Notes under the pieces: model-generated
Database searches by the model: none
What the model saw: the letters and a program-made list of their open reading frames with translations, nothing else
What the model was told of the DNA's origin: nothing
Part shown: positions 24,478 through 35,205 of the stretch, piece after piece
Layout of the letters: the number at the start of each line of letters is the position of its first letter
How positions within the stretch are numbered: position 1 is the stretch's first letter
Assembly: GCA_023229525.1 (NCBI GenBank)
Contig: JALNZC010000001.1
Span: 31,860 to 95,859, forward strand
Origin: Bacteroidales bacterium
Lineage (GTDB): Bacteria > Bacteroidota > Bacteroidia > Bacteroidales > FEN-979
Direction of reading: 5' to 3'
Length of the DNA stretch: 64,000 bases
Translations under genes and position numbers: made by a program

Positions 24478-25467
24478 TTAACGAATTTGACTCTTAATAT
24501 GTTCCCAGCGCTCTTCCGACATTTTTGAACCCATAAATTCGATTACATTACCTGCCAGCAAGGCTCCCAGTTCACCGCATTTCTGTAGAGGCATACCATG
24601 GGAATGGCCGTACAAAAACCCCGCCGCATATAGATCACCTGCTCCTGTTGTGTCAATAGGCCTCACCGGTATGACCCCAATTTCACAATATTCGGCGGCT
24701 GTCTTTACAAGGGATCCCTGGCTTCCGGTTTTGACTATGGCAATTTCAACAAACTTACCGATTTCCTGCAGGGCATTTTCCGGGTTAAGCCCTGTGAAAG
24801 CCTTTGCTTCTTCTTCATTGGCAAAGAGAATGTCAACATATTTGCTTACAATATCTTTGAGAAATTCCCTGTTTTCTTCCACCACATTATAACTGGCCAG
24901 ATCGAGAGAAACGATCAGATCGTGATTTTTTGCCAATTCGACCGCCTTCCTGACAAGGGAATGGTTTTGCACCAGGTAACCTTCGATGTGAAAATAGGAA
25001 TATCCTTTAAATGTGTCGGTTACGGTTTGCCGGTCATCAGGGAAAAGATGTTCTGCAGAAAGTTCAATAGCAGCTCCGAGAAAGGTGGCAAAAGTGCGCT
25101 CCGAATCGGGCGTTACAAGAGCAACAGCCCGACCTGTTTCTTGTTTGCTGTGAATCATAAGAGGATCAACGCCGGCATGAATCAGATCCCGGACAAAAAA
25201 ACCTCCCAGCTCGTCTTCACCAATTACCCCGATATATCCGGAAGGCGCTCCCAGCTTGGCTAAACTATGTATGGTATTGGCAGCTGACCCTCCGGCCGAC
25301 AGACTTTGTTTATATCCTTTTAAAGCCGAAAGCACGGCATTGCTCCGGTCTTTGTCAACCAGCTGCATGCTTCCCTTGGGAAGTCCAAGCATTTCAAGGA
25401 TCGCGTCGCTTTCGATCATAATCATGATATCAACAAGGGCATTGCCCATTCCGAGAATTTTTCTCAT
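24478..25467 (-). CDS. PfkB-family carbohydrate/nucleoside kinase (adenosine-kinase-like)
   Basis: N-terminal GNALVD, di-Gly GGSAAN, C-terminal anion-hole motif DTTGAGDLYAAGFLYG. Confidence 0.85.
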   Translation of the reverse strand: MRKILGMGNALVDIMIMIESDAILEMLGLPKGSMQLVDKDRSNAVLSALKGYKQSLSAGGSAANTIHSLAKLGAPSGYIGVIGEDELGGFFVRDLIHAGVDPLMIHSKQETGRAVALVTPDSERTFATFLGAAIELSAEHLFPDDRQTVTDTFKGYSYFHIEGYLVQNHSLVRKAVELAKNHDLIVSLDLASYNVVEENREFLKDIVSKYVDILFANEEEAKAFTGLNPENALQEIGKFVEIAIVKTGSQGSLVKTAAEYCEIGVIPVRPIDTTGAGDLYAAGFLYGHSHGMPLQKCGELGALLAGNVIEFMGSKMSEERWEHIKSQIR

Positions 25468-25489
25468 AGGTGTATTCTAAAACCGGCCG

Positions 25490-25497
25490 CAAAGGTA
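25490..25497 (-). promoter_or_regulatory. -7 box TACCTTTG for the pfkB-family gene
   Basis: Reverse complement of caaaggta, 23 nt upstream of ATG 25467. Confidence 0.45.
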
Positions 25498-25711
25498 GTA
25501 ATTATCCCATTCGACTGCATTGCCGGGTACTCTTATCCATACCTGGCTTCTTACAATTAATCTTACCCTGGGATACAAATGAGAATAAAAATCGGTAACG
25601 GCAAAAGTCAAGACTTGAGAAAATCTTTGTTCATTGATCTGATTTTCGAAATTTATTCCGGAAAAAGGATCGGTCAGACTTGGATAACGATAGCTTTTTT
25701 TATATCACGGA

Positions 25712-25719
25712 TACTTTTG
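25712..25719 (+). promoter_or_regulatory. -7 box TACTTTTG for msrBA
   Basis: TAnnTTTG match 41 nt upstream of ATG 25760. Confidence 0.45.
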
Positions 25720-25759
25720 AACAATTTCTTACGTCTTTCTTAAGACCATTTCTAAGACA

Positions 25760-26713
25760 ATGTATATCCGGATATTATTTCTATTACCGGTTTTCTTTCT
25801 GGCTTCTTTAACCGGATGCACCCAGGGAAAGGTCAGCCCGGGAGAGACAAATACGAAGATTATGAAATACAAAGAATTAACGAAAGAAGAAGAACAGGTT
25901 ATCGTTCATAAAGGGACGGAAAGACCTTTTTCCGGGAAATATGAAAATTTTAATGAAACCGGCACTTATGTCTGTAAAAGGTGTGGCGCTCCATTATACC
26001 GTTCTACGGATAAATTCGATGCCCATTGCGGATGGCCATCTTTTGACGATGAGATTCCCGGGGCTGTTAAACGAATTCCCGATGCAGATGGTGTCAGAAC
26101 AGAAATACAGTGTGCCCGTTGCGGGGCCCATCTTGGACATGTTTTTACGGGTGAAGAATATACATCTAAAAATACCCGTCACTGTGTGAATTCCATTTCA
26201 CTGGATTTTATCCCGGCCGGGAGTAAGGCATTAACCGATACCGCAATCTTTGCGGGAGGTTGTTTCTGGGGTGTTGAATACTACATGAAAAAGATGAAAG
26301 GGGTGATTTCAACTGAAGTCGGTTATATTGGTGGAAAAACCGATCATCCTACATACAAGGAGGTTTGTACCGGCACCACAGGGCATTATGAAGCAACCGA
26401 AGTGGTGTTTGATCCGGGCCAGACAACATTTGAAGAGGTCGCTAAACTCTTTTTCGAAATTCATGACCCTACACAATGGAATTACCAGGGACCCGATTGG
26501 GGGGAACAATACCGTTCCGCTATTTTTTATCGCAATGAGGAGCAGAAAAAAATCACGGAGAAACTTATCCGTGAATTAAAGGAAAAAGGTTTTCATGTAG
26601 TTACTGAAGTACGGCCGGCTACAACTTTCTGGAAAGCAGAAAATTACCATCAGGAATATTATGACCATAAAGGAACCACACCTTATTGCCATGGTTATGT
26701 GAAAAGATTCTGA
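25760..26713 (+). CDS. msrAB: Bifunctional methionine sulfoxide reductase MsrB-MsrA fusion, lipoprotein/secreted form
   Basis: Leader with LTGC lipobox. MsrB zinc and catalytic motifs (CKRCGAPLY, HCGWPSF, CARCGAHLGHVF). MsrA motif GGCFWGVE in the C-terminal half. Confidence 0.9.
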   Translation: MYIRILFLLPVFFLASLTGCTQGKVSPGETNTKIMKYKELTKEEEQVIVHKGTERPFSGKYENFNETGTYVCKRCGAPLYRSTDKFDAHCGWPSFDDEIPGAVKRIPDADGVRTEIQCARCGAHLGHVFTGEEYTSKNTRHCVNSISLDFIPAGSKALTDTAIFAGGCFWGVEYYMKKMKGVISTEVGYIGGKTDHPTYKEVCTGTTGHYEATEVVFDPGQTTFEEVAKLFFEIHDPTQWNYQGPDWGEQYRSAIFYRNEEQKKITEKLIRELKEKGFHVVTEVRPATTFWKAENYHQEYYDHKGTTPYCHGYVKRF

Positions 26714-26838
26714 TCCGTCAAGACCTTTACCGTCCGATACAACGTTTTTACAATGTTTTAACAATAGATTTTCAGATCACCGTGACACACCGGTGTTTAT
26801 TCTGTAAGTGTTTTATCCTTTTCAATCAATTTTTTTTG

Positions 26839-26846
26839 TACCTTTG
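26839..26846 (+). promoter_or_regulatory. -7 box TACCTTTG for the canonical-motif EF-G gene
   Basis: TAnnTTTG match 25 nt upstream of ATG 26871. Confidence 0.5.
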
Positions 26847-26870
26847 CACCCCCAAAAATTTGAATAAAAC

Positions 26871-28946
26871 ATGCCTTTAAATAAACTTAGAAATATAGGA
26901 ATTGCAGCGCATATTGATGCCGGTAAAACCACGGTAACCGAGCGAATACTATTTTTCACCGGAACGAATCGTAAAATGGGAGAAGTCCACGATGGACAAG
27001 CTACCATGGATTTCATGAAACAAGAACAAGAAAGGGGTATCACGATTGCTTCTGCTGCCATTACCTGTGCCTGGAAAGGTCACCAGATCAACCTGATCGA
27101 CACCCCTGGTCACGTTGATTTTACCGTTGAAGTGGAACGTTCTCTCCGGGTCATTGATGGGATGGTAGCGGTTTTTTGTGCCGTAGGGGGTGTGGAACCA
27201 CAAAGCGAAACAGTTTGGAACCAGGCTGACCGGTACAGGGTTCCTCGGTTCGCTTTCATCAATAAAATGGATCGTACCGGCGCCGATTTTCAGGCTGTGG
27301 TTATCCAGATGAATAAATACCTCGACGCCAATGCTGTGCCGTTTCAAATTCCGATGGGATCTGAAGAGAATTTCGAGGGGATCATCGACATCATTGAACG
27401 AAAAGCTTACATTTTCCATGAAATGGAACAATTGGAAGCAGAAATACCCTCCGGATATAAGCAAAAAACGGAAGACGCGCGTGCCTGGGCTGTTGAAAAA
27501 CTGGCCGAATTCAACGATGAGATCATGTCGCTTTTCATGGAAGACAAAGAAGTCCCTGCCGGATTGATGAAACAGGCGCTTCGTGCAGCTACCCTTAAAT
27601 TGCTCATCACACCCGTCTTTTGTGGCGCTGCATACAAGAACAAAGGCGTTCAGATGCTTCTCGATGCCGTTGTCGATTATCTTCCTTCACCGGTGGATGT
27701 CGGGGCTGTAACCGGCACTGATCTGATAGACCCGGAAAAAACGCACACCTGTTATCCTTCTCCGAAAGATCCCTTTTCAGCCCTTGCATTCAAGCTTATC
27801 CATGATCCTTTTGTAGGGCAACAGACCTTTACGCGGATTTTTTCAGGAACGTTAAAAAGTGGGATGCAGGTTTATAACTCAACCAAAGGAAAACATGAAC
27901 GGGTTGGACGGCTTTTCAGAATCCATGCCAAGGACCGGGAGGAAATTTCCGAAGCCGGCCCCGGAGATATTGTCGCCCTCATCGGCATGAAAGTTACCAA
28001 AACCGGAGATACCCTTTGCGAAGACAGCCACCGTCTCATGCTCGAAAACATACACATTCCACCGAGCGTCATCGAGCTTAAGATAAATCCGGTAAAGCGG
28101 GCAGACCAATCGAAGCTGGGTGATGCCTTACACAAACTGGCTATGGAGGATCCCTCTTTCAATGTCCGGTTCGACGATGAGACGGAAGAAACCGTCATTG
28201 CCGGGATGGGTGAGTTACACCTTGAAATCATCGTCGACAGGCTGAAACATGAATTCAAGGTGGATGCTGAGGTCGGGGAACCCTCTGTCGCTTTCCGTGA
28301 AACCATTACCATTGAAGTGGAATCGAACTACAAACATTCAAAACAAACCGGCGGCAAAGGCCAGTTCGCTCAGACACTGATGCGCATCGAACCCAATGAG
28401 GGTAAAGGGTATGAATTCATTGAAAAGATTAAAGGAGGAAACATTCCAACCGAGTATATTCCATCGGTCAATAAAGGTATTTTAAAAACCCTCGATCGTG
28501 GAATCCTTGCCGGATATCCGATTGTGGACGTCAAAGTAGTATTGCTTGACGGCAGTTTCCACCCGGTTGACAGTTCCGATATGGCCTTCCAGACCTGCGC
28601 TTCCATCTGTTTCAAGCAGGGATTTAACAAAGCGGAACCCGTTCTGCTCGAACCCATGATGAAAGTTGAGGTGAACACCCCGGATGAATACATCGGGGAT
28701 GTGGTGGGAAATCTTAACCGCCGTCGCGGAAAAATCGAAGCCATGCGCCGTTATCGAAAGGGATCTCAGAAAGTCAACGCTTTTGTCCCTCTGATGGAAA
28801 TGTTCGGTTATGCTACTCAATTAAGGAATATTTCAAGCGGCAGGGCCAACTATTCCATGGAATTTTACAAATATACCCCGTTACCAAAAACACTTCAGGA
28901 TGAGGTGATCAAAAAGGTCGAAGAGAAAAAACGCCTCGAAAAATAA
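26871..28946 (+). CDS. fusA: Elongation factor G (canonical GTPase motifs), stand-alone locus
   Basis: [18 protein letters not shown] and NKMDR motifs; 691 aa. Not preceded by rpsL/rpsG in this window. Confidence 0.9.
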   Translation: MPLNKLRNIGIAAHIDAGKTTVTERILFFTGTNRKMGEVHDGQATMDFMKQEQERGITIASAAITCAWKGHQINLIDTPGHVDFTVEVERSLRVIDGMVAVFCAVGGVEPQSETVWNQADRYRVPRFAFINKMDRTGADFQAVVIQMNKYLDANAVPFQIPMGSEENFEGIIDIIERKAYIFHEMEQLEAEIPSGYKQKTEDARAWAVEKLAEFNDEIMSLFMEDKEVPAGLMKQALRAATLKLLITPVFCGAAYKNKGVQMLLDAVVDYLPSPVDVGAVTGTDLIDPEKTHTCYPSPKDPFSALAFKLIHDPFVGQQTFTRIFSGTLKSGMQVYNSTKGKHERVGRLFRIHAKDREEISEAGPGDIVALIGMKVTKTGDTLCEDSHRLMLENIHIPPSVIELKINPVKRADQSKLGDALHKLAMEDPSFNVRFDDETEETVIAGMGELHLEIIVDRLKHEFKVDAEVGEPSVAFRETITIEVESNYKHSKQTGGKGQFAQTLMRIEPNEGKGYEFIEKIKGGNIPTEYIPSVNKGILKTLDRGILAGYPIVDVKVVLLDGSFHPVDSSDMAFQTCASICFKQGFNKAEPVLLEPMMKVEVNTPDEYIGDVVGNLNRRRGKIEAMRRYRKGSQKVNAFVPLMEMFGYATQLRNISSGRANYSMEFYKYTPLPKTLQDEVIKKVEEKKRLEK

Positions 28947-28963
28947 CACCATATCTTCGAACC

Positions 28964-29515
28964 ATGATTGCCCTGGACACAACCCTTATCTCTGACGAAA
29001 TAGCAACCACTTTTTTTTTCTGTGATCTTGAACAGTGTAAGGGGGCCTGTTGTGTGGAAGGCGATGCCGGGGCTCCGCTCGACGAAGAGGAGATATCCTT
29101 GCTGGAGGATCACATTGAAGACATCAAACCTTTCATGGTCCCCGCTGGTATACGTGAAATTGAGGAAATGGGTGTATTCGATTACGATGCCGAAGGGAAA
29201 TTCGTGACTCCGCTGGTAAATGGGAAGGAGTGTGTTTTTGTGTTTTTTGAACAAGGGATAGCCCGTTGTGCCGTTGAACAAGCTTACCAGAATAAAAAAA
29301 TTCCTTTTCCAAAACCCATTTCCTGTCACCTCTATCCGATAAGGATTAAACCGACTCCATTCAATGATCTGCTGAATTACCATAAATGGCCGATCTGCCG
29401 GAAGGCGCTGGAGAAAGGTTATAAAGAAAAAATCCCACTTTACCGGTTTCTTGAAGGGGCATTGATCCGTAAATACGGACGAAATTGGTTCAACCGGCTG
29501 AGAGGTTTACTGTAA
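28964..29515 (+). CDS. DUF3109-family Cys-rich protein
   Basis: FFCDLEQCKGACCVEGDAGAPLDEEE N-terminal signature as I recall for DUF3109; 183 aa. Confidence 0.65.
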   Translation: MIALDTTLISDEIATTFFFCDLEQCKGACCVEGDAGAPLDEEEISLLEDHIEDIKPFMVPAGIREIEEMGVFDYDAEGKFVTPLVNGKECVFVFFEQGIARCAVEQAYQNKKIPFPKPISCHLYPIRIKPTPFNDLLNYHKWPICRKALEKGYKEKIPLYRFLEGALIRKYGRNWFNRLRGLL

Positions 29516-29531
29516 TAAAATCTGATGATTA

Positions 29532-30422
29532 TTACCCTTTTAATGCTTCGGCCCCGGAAACGATCTCGATCAGGGCATTGGTAATGGCATTCTGACGGGC
29601 TTTATTGTACGAAATGTTGAGTTCACGTATCAGATCCTGGGCATTATCCGTGGCTTTTTGCATAGCTGTCATTCTGGCGCCCTGTTCAGATGCAAAAGAA
29701 TCCAGCAATGCTTTAAATAATTGAATCCGTAATGTTTTGGGAATGAGCTCGCGGACGATGGTTTCTTTATCAGGCTCAAACAGGTAATTCGTCTCCGCTT
29801 TGACGGTATTGTCAGAGGTAGAAGCAGGTGTTTGTGTTACCGGGAGGTATTGTTCCACGATCAGGCGTTGCACGGCCGCATTTTTAAACTGGTTATAAAC
29901 CAGGTCGATTCTATCGTACTCTTTGGTGGCAAATGATTTCATCAGTTTTTCAGCCAATGGCACGACATTGTTGAAGGTAAGCATATCGAAGAGTTCATCG
30001 TGCGATTCAATAACCGGGTATTTTCGTTTGCGAAAAAACTCGGTCGCTTTTTTCCCTATCGTTATGAAGCGGACTGATTCATTCTTAAACTGGACGGCAT
30101 ATTCAGTGCTGACCGCGTTGAGTGTCGCTTTAATGACATTGGAATTGAAAGCGCCACATAATCCGCGGTTGGATGTAATAATTACCAGGAGGATTTTTTC
30201 CTGCTTGCGAACCTGGGCAAATACATTTTCATCGGAACTCTCAATGCTGGCACTCAGGTTTTGCAGGATTTCACGCAACTTTGCAGCATATGGCCTCAAC
30301 TTTATAATGGCGGTCTGGGCTCTTCTGAACTTAGATGCCGCCACCATTTTCATGGCATTTGTGATTTGCTGCGTCGATTTTACCGATGCAATCCGAATAC
30401 GTACTTCCTTTAATCCGGCCAT
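29532..30422 (-). CDS. atpG: F1 ATP synthase gamma subunit
   Basis: MAGLKEVRIRIASVKSTQQITNAMKMVAASKFRRAQ start and C-terminal ITNALIEIVSGAEAL; operon position after atpA. Confidence 0.95.
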   Translation of the reverse strand: MAGLKEVRIRIASVKSTQQITNAMKMVAASKFRRAQTAIIKLRPYAAKLREILQNLSASIESSDENVFAQVRKQEKILLVIITSNRGLCGAFNSNVIKATLNAVSTEYAVQFKNESVRFITIGKKATEFFRKRKYPVIESHDELFDMLTFNNVVPLAEKLMKSFATKEYDRIDLVYNQFKNAAVQRLIVEQYLPVTQTPASTSDNTVKAETNYLFEPDKETIVRELIPKTLRIQLFKALLDSFASEQGARMTAMQKATDNAQDLIRELNISYNKARQNAITNALIEIVSGAEALKG

Positions 30423-30431
30423 GTCCCTGAA

Positions 30432-32021
30432 TTATTTCTTTTCCTCGTACTTACGGGAAATCTCCTTACATATCTGTTCCATGGTTTTAACATCTTCATC
30501 AAGAAGTTGGCCTGATTTCAGATTTTTAAGGATCCCGGGCTGGTTGTGTTCCATATACGAAAGGTATTCAACTTCAAAATTATGGATGTTTCGTACAGGT
30601 ACATTTCTCAACAGACCACGGGTTCCGCAGAAGATGATGGCAATTTGCTTTTCGACCGGCATGGGCGAATATTGTGGTTGCTTGAGGATTTCCACATTGC
30701 GGGAACCTTTATCCAAAACGGCCTTGGTGGCAGCATCAAGATCGGATCCGAATTTGGAGAATGCTTCAAGCTCACGGAATTCTGCTTGATCGAGCTTCAG
30801 GGTTCCGGCGACTTTCTTCATCGATTTGATTTGTGCATTTCCGCCAACACGGGAAACAGAAATTCCGACGTTGATGGCCGGGCGAATACCGGCATTGAAA
30901 AGCGGGGTTTCCAGGAAGATCTGTCCGTCGGTGATGGAGATCACATTTGTAGGGATATAGGCCGATACGTCTCCGGCCTGGGTTTCGATAATGGGTAATG
31001 CCGTGAGCGAACCGCCGCCCTTTACCATATCGCGGATAGTGTCGGGCAGATCGTTCATTTGACGGGCAATTTCATCGGATGAAATAATTCTGGCTGCCCT
31101 TTCCAGGAGGCGGGAGTGAAGGTAAAATACATCGCCAGGATAAGCTTCACGTCCGGGGGGACGACGGAGCAGCAGGGACACTTCCCGGTAAGCAACAGCC
31201 TGTTTTGAAAGGTCATCGTAAATAATCAGCGCGGGTCGTCCGGTATCTCTGAAAAATTCCCCGATAGCAGCTCCTGCAAAAGGAGCATAAAATTGCATGG
31301 CGGCAGGGTCGGAAGCAGTAGCGGAGACAACCACGGTATATTCCATTGCGCCTTTTTCTTCCAGTGTTTTAACAATATTGGCAACGGTAGAACCTTTTTG
31401 ACCGACTGCCACATAAATGCAAAACACGGTTTCACCTCTGGCGTGAAATTCTTTTTGGTTGATGATAGTATCAATGGCAATGGCTGTTTTCCCTGTTTGG
31501 CGGTCGCCGATGATCAGTTCGCGCTGACCCCGTCCGATAGGGATCATGGCATCGATGGGCTTGATACCGGTTTGCAATGGCTGATTCACCGGTTGACGGA
31601 AAATAACACCGGGGGCTTTCCGTTCCAATGGCATTTCATAGCGTTTTCCTTCAATCTTTCCTTTACCGTCAAGAGGTTCTCCCAGTGTATTGATGACACG
31701 TCCGAGTAACCCTTCACCTGCTTCTATGGAAGCGATCCGGCGTGTGCGCCTTACTATATCTCCTTCCTTGATTTCATAAGATTCACCAAGCAAAACGGCG
31801 CCGACATTGTCCGCTTCAAGATTGAGTACGATGGCTTTCAGTCCGTTTTTTTCAAACTCGATCAATTCTCCCGATTCAGCATTGTTCAAGCCATAAATCC
31901 GGGCGATACCATCACCCACCGTAAGCACGGTGCCAACCTCTTCAAGTTCTTTTTCACTTTGATAACCGGCCAGTTCTCTGCGAAGAATCGCAGTAACTTC
32001 CGCGGGTTTAATCTCAGCCAT
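30432..32021 (-). CDS. atpA: F1 ATP synthase alpha subunit
   Basis: Walker A GDRQTGKT plus conserved [14 protein letters not shown] and operon context. Confidence 0.97.
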   Translation of the reverse strand: MAEIKPAEVTAILRRELAGYQSEKELEEVGTVLTVGDGIARIYGLNNAESGELIEFEKNGLKAIVLNLEADNVGAVLLGESYEIKEGDIVRRTRRIASIEAGEGLLGRVINTLGEPLDGKGKIEGKRYEMPLERKAPGVIFRQPVNQPLQTGIKPIDAMIPIGRGQRELIIGDRQTGKTAIAIDTIINQKEFHARGETVFCIYVAVGQKGSTVANIVKTLEEKGAMEYTVVVSATASDPAAMQFYAPFAGAAIGEFFRDTGRPALIIYDDLSKQAVAYREVSLLLRRPPGREAYPGDVFYLHSRLLERAARIISSDEIARQMNDLPDTIRDMVKGGGSLTALPIIETQAGDVSAYIPTNVISITDGQIFLETPLFNAGIRPAINVGISVSRVGGNAQIKSMKKVAGTLKLDQAEFRELEAFSKFGSDLDAATKAVLDKGSRNVEILKQPQYSPMPVEKQIAIIFCGTRGLLRNVPVRNIHNFEVEYLSYMEHNQPGILKNLKSGQLLDEDVKTMEQICKEISRKYEEKK

Positions 32022-32044
32022 ATGTTCTGTTTTAATTTATTCCG

Positions 32045-32605
32045 TTATATTTTTTTCTTATATAAATTGATCCTGGCAATTGCGTTTCGCAGGTTTTCAA
32101 TTTCCCTCCGGATACTGGAATCATATTGCTTATCCTCCCAGGTAAGAACGAAACCACCAATCAGCGACTCATCAATCTCCGCTTTCAGGTCAATGTCTTT
32201 CCCGGAGTACTTTGCCATCAGATCCAATACATATTTCCGGATATCAGGGTCAGGTAATACGGGTGATTTAAACTGAACTGTAAGTATGTTTTTATAATTT
32301 TTGTAAAGTTCGACAAGCTTTGTTGCAATCAATGGGATAAATGACTCTCTCTTTTTACGAACCATGATAAGAAGGTAGGTCAGGGTGATTTGATGAATAT
32401 TGTTTTTAAAAATCTCCCGGATTATGGTTCGTTTTTTTTCTGTGCTGATAATTGGACTGTTCAGTAATAAACAAAGTTCCCGGCTGTTTTCACAGGTCTG
32501 AGAGATCAGTACACTGTCCTGGTATACCTCTTCCAGTAAATTTTCCCCGATGGAAATTTCAAGCAACGCCCTGGCATATCGTTCTGCCACCAACGAAATA
32601 TTCAT
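32045..32605 (-). CDS. atpH: F1 ATP synthase delta (OSCP) subunit
   Basis: 186 aa, starts ..VAERYARALLE.., ends ..GGFVL..DKQYDSSIR; lies between atpF and atpA. Confidence 0.9.
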   Translation of the reverse strand: MNISLVAERYARALLEISIGENLLEEVYQDSVLISQTCENSRELCLLLNSPIISTEKKRTIIREIFKNNIHQITLTYLLIMVRKKRESFIPLIATKLVELYKNYKNILTVQFKSPVLPDPDIRKYVLDLMAKYSGKDIDLKAEIDESLIGGFVLTWEDKQYDSSIRREIENLRNAIARINLYKKKI

Positions 32606-32609
32606 CCGG

Positions 32610-33104
32610 TCAGTTGAATTTAATTTCTTTTAGTAACTCCCTGACGTATTCTTCCTGTCTCTTCGGATCGGATAGTTCACGTTGTAAAATGAATCTGGCC
32701 AAGGTCAGTGAACTTTCGGCAATCTGATTTTTAAGTTCCGTCATGGCCGCCATTTTTTCATTGTTGATGCTTTCTTTTGCAGACGCAACGATCCGCGCAG
32801 CCTCTTCTCCGGCTTTCAGGCGGGCTTCTTCAATGATCTTATCCTTGATTTTCCGGGCTTCATTCAGGATTGCGTCACGGTCATTTTTCGCTTCCTGTAA
32901 CAACTCTTCATTACCTGCCCTCAACTGTTTCATCTCTTCCCGTGCCTGGTTAGCAGCATTCAGCGCTTCATGGATTGAGGTTTCCCTTTCTTTAAGCGAC
33001 TGAAGGATCGGTTTCCAGGCAAACTTCCCCAGGATATATATCAGAAATAAAAAGGCAAGGGTCATCCAGAAGATTAGGCCCAGTCCCGGAGTGATTAATT
33101 CCAT
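32610..33104 (-). CDS. atpF: Fo ATP synthase b subunit
   Basis: Single N-terminal TM, then a long charged coiled coil; operon position. Confidence 0.9.
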   Translation of the reverse strand: MELITPGLGLIFWMTLAFLFLIYILGKFAWKPILQSLKERETSIHEALNAANQAREEMKQLRAGNEELLQEAKNDRDAILNEARKIKDKIIEEARLKAGEEAARIVASAKESINNEKMAAMTELKNQIAESSLTLARFILQRELSDPKRQEEYVRELLKEIKFN

Positions 33105-33138
33105 ATCCGATAGTTTTAATTTTTTAACTCAAAATAAA

Positions 33139-33177
33139 GTCCTTAACGAATCAACCAAACGTTGATCCGTTAAGGAC
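33139..33177 (-). other. Intercistronic stem-loop between atpE and atpF
   Basis: GTCCTTAACGaATCAAC-caaac-GTTGATcCGTTAAGGAC: 10-bp outer plus 6-bp inner stem, 10 nt after the atpE stop. No U-tract. Confidence 0.5.
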
Positions 33178-33186
33178 CTGCTGCCT

Positions 33187-33459
<273 letters not shown>

Positions 33460-33473
33460 TTAGGTTACTACTA

Positions 33474-33522
33474 AAAAAATTCAAAACTTAAAACTCAAAA
33501 TTCAAAACCAAAATAAAAAACC
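33474..33522. repeat. Tandem heptamer array (TCAAAAY), about 6 units
   Basis: tcaaaac ttaaaac tcaaaat tcaaaac caaaata aaaaacc in the atpB-atpE spacer. Confidence 0.7.
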
Positions 33523-33539
33523 ATTTCTTCATTCTCAAA

Positions 33540-33595
33540 TCGTCCCTCGTCCTTCGTCCCTCGTCTTTCGTCCATCGTCCTTCGTCCCTCGTCCT
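33540..33595. repeat. Tandem heptamer array (TCGTCCY), 8 units
   Basis: tcgtccc tcgtcct tcgtccc tcgtctt tcgtcca tcgtcct tcgtccc tcgtcct; the last unit overlaps the atpB stop codon. Confidence 0.85.
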
Positions 33596-34745
33596 AATGG
33601 TGTTGCGGTTCTAACAATGCCAATCCAAAATAAAGAGCCGACAATAAGGTAAAAACATAGGCTTGTATAAAAGCCACCAGCAATTCAAGAAGATTCATGA
33701 AGAGCATAAAGGCAACCGACACAACGGATACCCCAAGTCCCAGCGCTGTACTGATTGCTCCAAAAATAAAAATCAGACTGACGAATCCGAGCACGATGAT
33801 GTGTCCCGCCGTGATATTGGCAAAGAGTCGGACCATCAATACAAAGGGTTTGGTAATAATTCCGATTATTTCAACCACTGGCATCAATGGAATGGGGAAT
33901 TTCAACCACCATGGAACACCCGGTGTATTTACAATATCCACCCAGTAATGTTTATTTCCGTGCATGGTCGTGAGAATAAAAGTAAATACGGCCATTACCA
34001 GAGTCACTGTAATGTTACCGGTAACATTGGCACCTCCCGGGAAAAACGGAATGAGTCCGAACAGGTTATTGAAAAAGATAAAAAAGAATACGGTCAGGAG
34101 ATAAGGCATGAATTTCTCATAATGTTTTTCTCCTATAGAACTCTTTGCAATATCATCGCGGATAAAAATGATCAAGGGTTCAACCAGCGATTGTAATCCT
34201 TTGGGAGCTTGGTTTTTGTTACGCTTATAAGCATTTGCGACGGAGATAAAAATGAGCATCAGCAAAAATGAGCTGATAAAAATCGCCAATACTGTCTTTG
34301 TGATCGAAAAATCGTAAACTTTGGGCTCTGATATATTGTTAATCCCTGATTCCATATGAACGATCTTGCCTTTCCCGGATCCTTCATTACCCAGTCTGAA
34401 CCCTTGATAAGAATGGGTTTCGTTATGAAACCGGTTGGAAGAGAAACAATAAAGTTGCCCTTTATAAAGAAGAATAACCGGTAAGGGGATCGTTAATTCA
34501 AGGCTGCCGATTTCCGCCACATGCCATTCGTGATTATCCACTACATGCTCCATGATCATGTCGCCGGCATTGAACTTGCCTTCTCCTTTTTCCTTTGCCG
34601 GCGGATTGGAAATACTATCACGTGAAGGGATCAGCATGGAATGATCCTGTGACCATGCCTGTTTCCCACTTCCGGTATTTGCCAGGATAACCAGAAACAC
34701 CATGGCGCTTATACAGAAATAAAAGGAAGATTTCTTCGTTATCAT
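33594..34745 (-). CDS. atpB: Fo ATP synthase a subunit with a long N-terminal extension
   Basis: C-terminal conserved LFANITAGH (essential Arg region RLFAN) and five TMs; about 150-aa N-terminal extension with a signal-like start. Confidence 0.9.
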   Translation of the reverse strand: MITKKSSFYFCISAMVFLVILANTGSGKQAWSQDHSMLIPSRDSISNPPAKEKGEGKFNAGDMIMEHVVDNHEWHVAEIGSLELTIPLPVILLYKGQLYCFSSNRFHNETHSYQGFRLGNEGSGKGKIVHMESGINNISEPKVYDFSITKTVLAIFISSFLLMLIFISVANAYKRNKNQAPKGLQSLVEPLIIFIRDDIAKSSIGEKHYEKFMPYLLTVFFFIFFNNLFGLIPFFPGGANVTGNITVTLVMAVFTFILTTMHGNKHYWVDIVNTPGVPWWLKFPIPLMPVVEIIGIITKPFVLMVRLFANITAGHIIVLGFVSLIFIFGAISTALGLGVSVVSVAFMLFMNLLELLVAFIQAYVFTLLSALYFGLALLEPQHH

Positions 34746-34808
34746 TAATAAACTTAATACCCGTTAAGGCATTGCGAAATTAGAAATAAATTATGAAAAG
34801 ATGAAAAG

Positions 34809-35177
34809 TTACTTTTTAGGCGAAGCAGGCGTATTCACGTACAGATGGACATAAAAATCAAATCCTGCATATAGCTGGGTAGCACCATAATCTTCCCAGT
34901 GTTCGGTGTCATAATAATAAAATCCCGGAGGAAGATCACCAAAATAAACCAGTCCAAAATTGTTGGTCCATGCATTTTTTACATAAATTCCTTGTTTAAG
35001 GTTGGTGAGACTCGTAGCAAGATATACCTGTTCGTTAGGTATTACCGAACCATCAGATGGATTATAAACGGTTACGGTCAGTGTTCCAAAGGTGGGATCC
35101 GAGTCGGTACAGGAGGATAAGGTGAGAAATCCGGCAATCAACATCACTGTGCTTAAAAAAAGAATCTTCGTTTTCAT
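34809..35177 (-). CDS. Hypothetical lipoprotein (beta-sandwich-like)
   Basis: Lipobox LSSC; short beta-rich protein; has its own -7 box upstream. Confidence 0.5.
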   Translation of the reverse strand: MKTKILFLSTVMLIAGFLTLSSCTDSDPTFGTLTVTVYNPSDGSVIPNEQVYLATSLTNLKQGIYVKNAWTNNFGLVYFGDLPPGFYYYDTEHWEDYGATQLYAGFDFYVHLYVNTPASPKK

Positions 35178-35205
35178 GATAGATCAAGTTAAGGATTATC
35201 TGTGG

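Noticed and set aside
29923-30789. 288-aa plus-strand ORF
   Set aside because: Entirely antisense to conserved atpG/atpA; low-complexity Ser/Leu-rich translation. A typical shadow ORF.
33663-34196. 177-aa plus-strand ORF opposite atpB
   Set aside because: Antisense to the conserved a-subunit gene; His/Asn/Lys-rich composition typical of the reverse strand of a membrane-protein gene.
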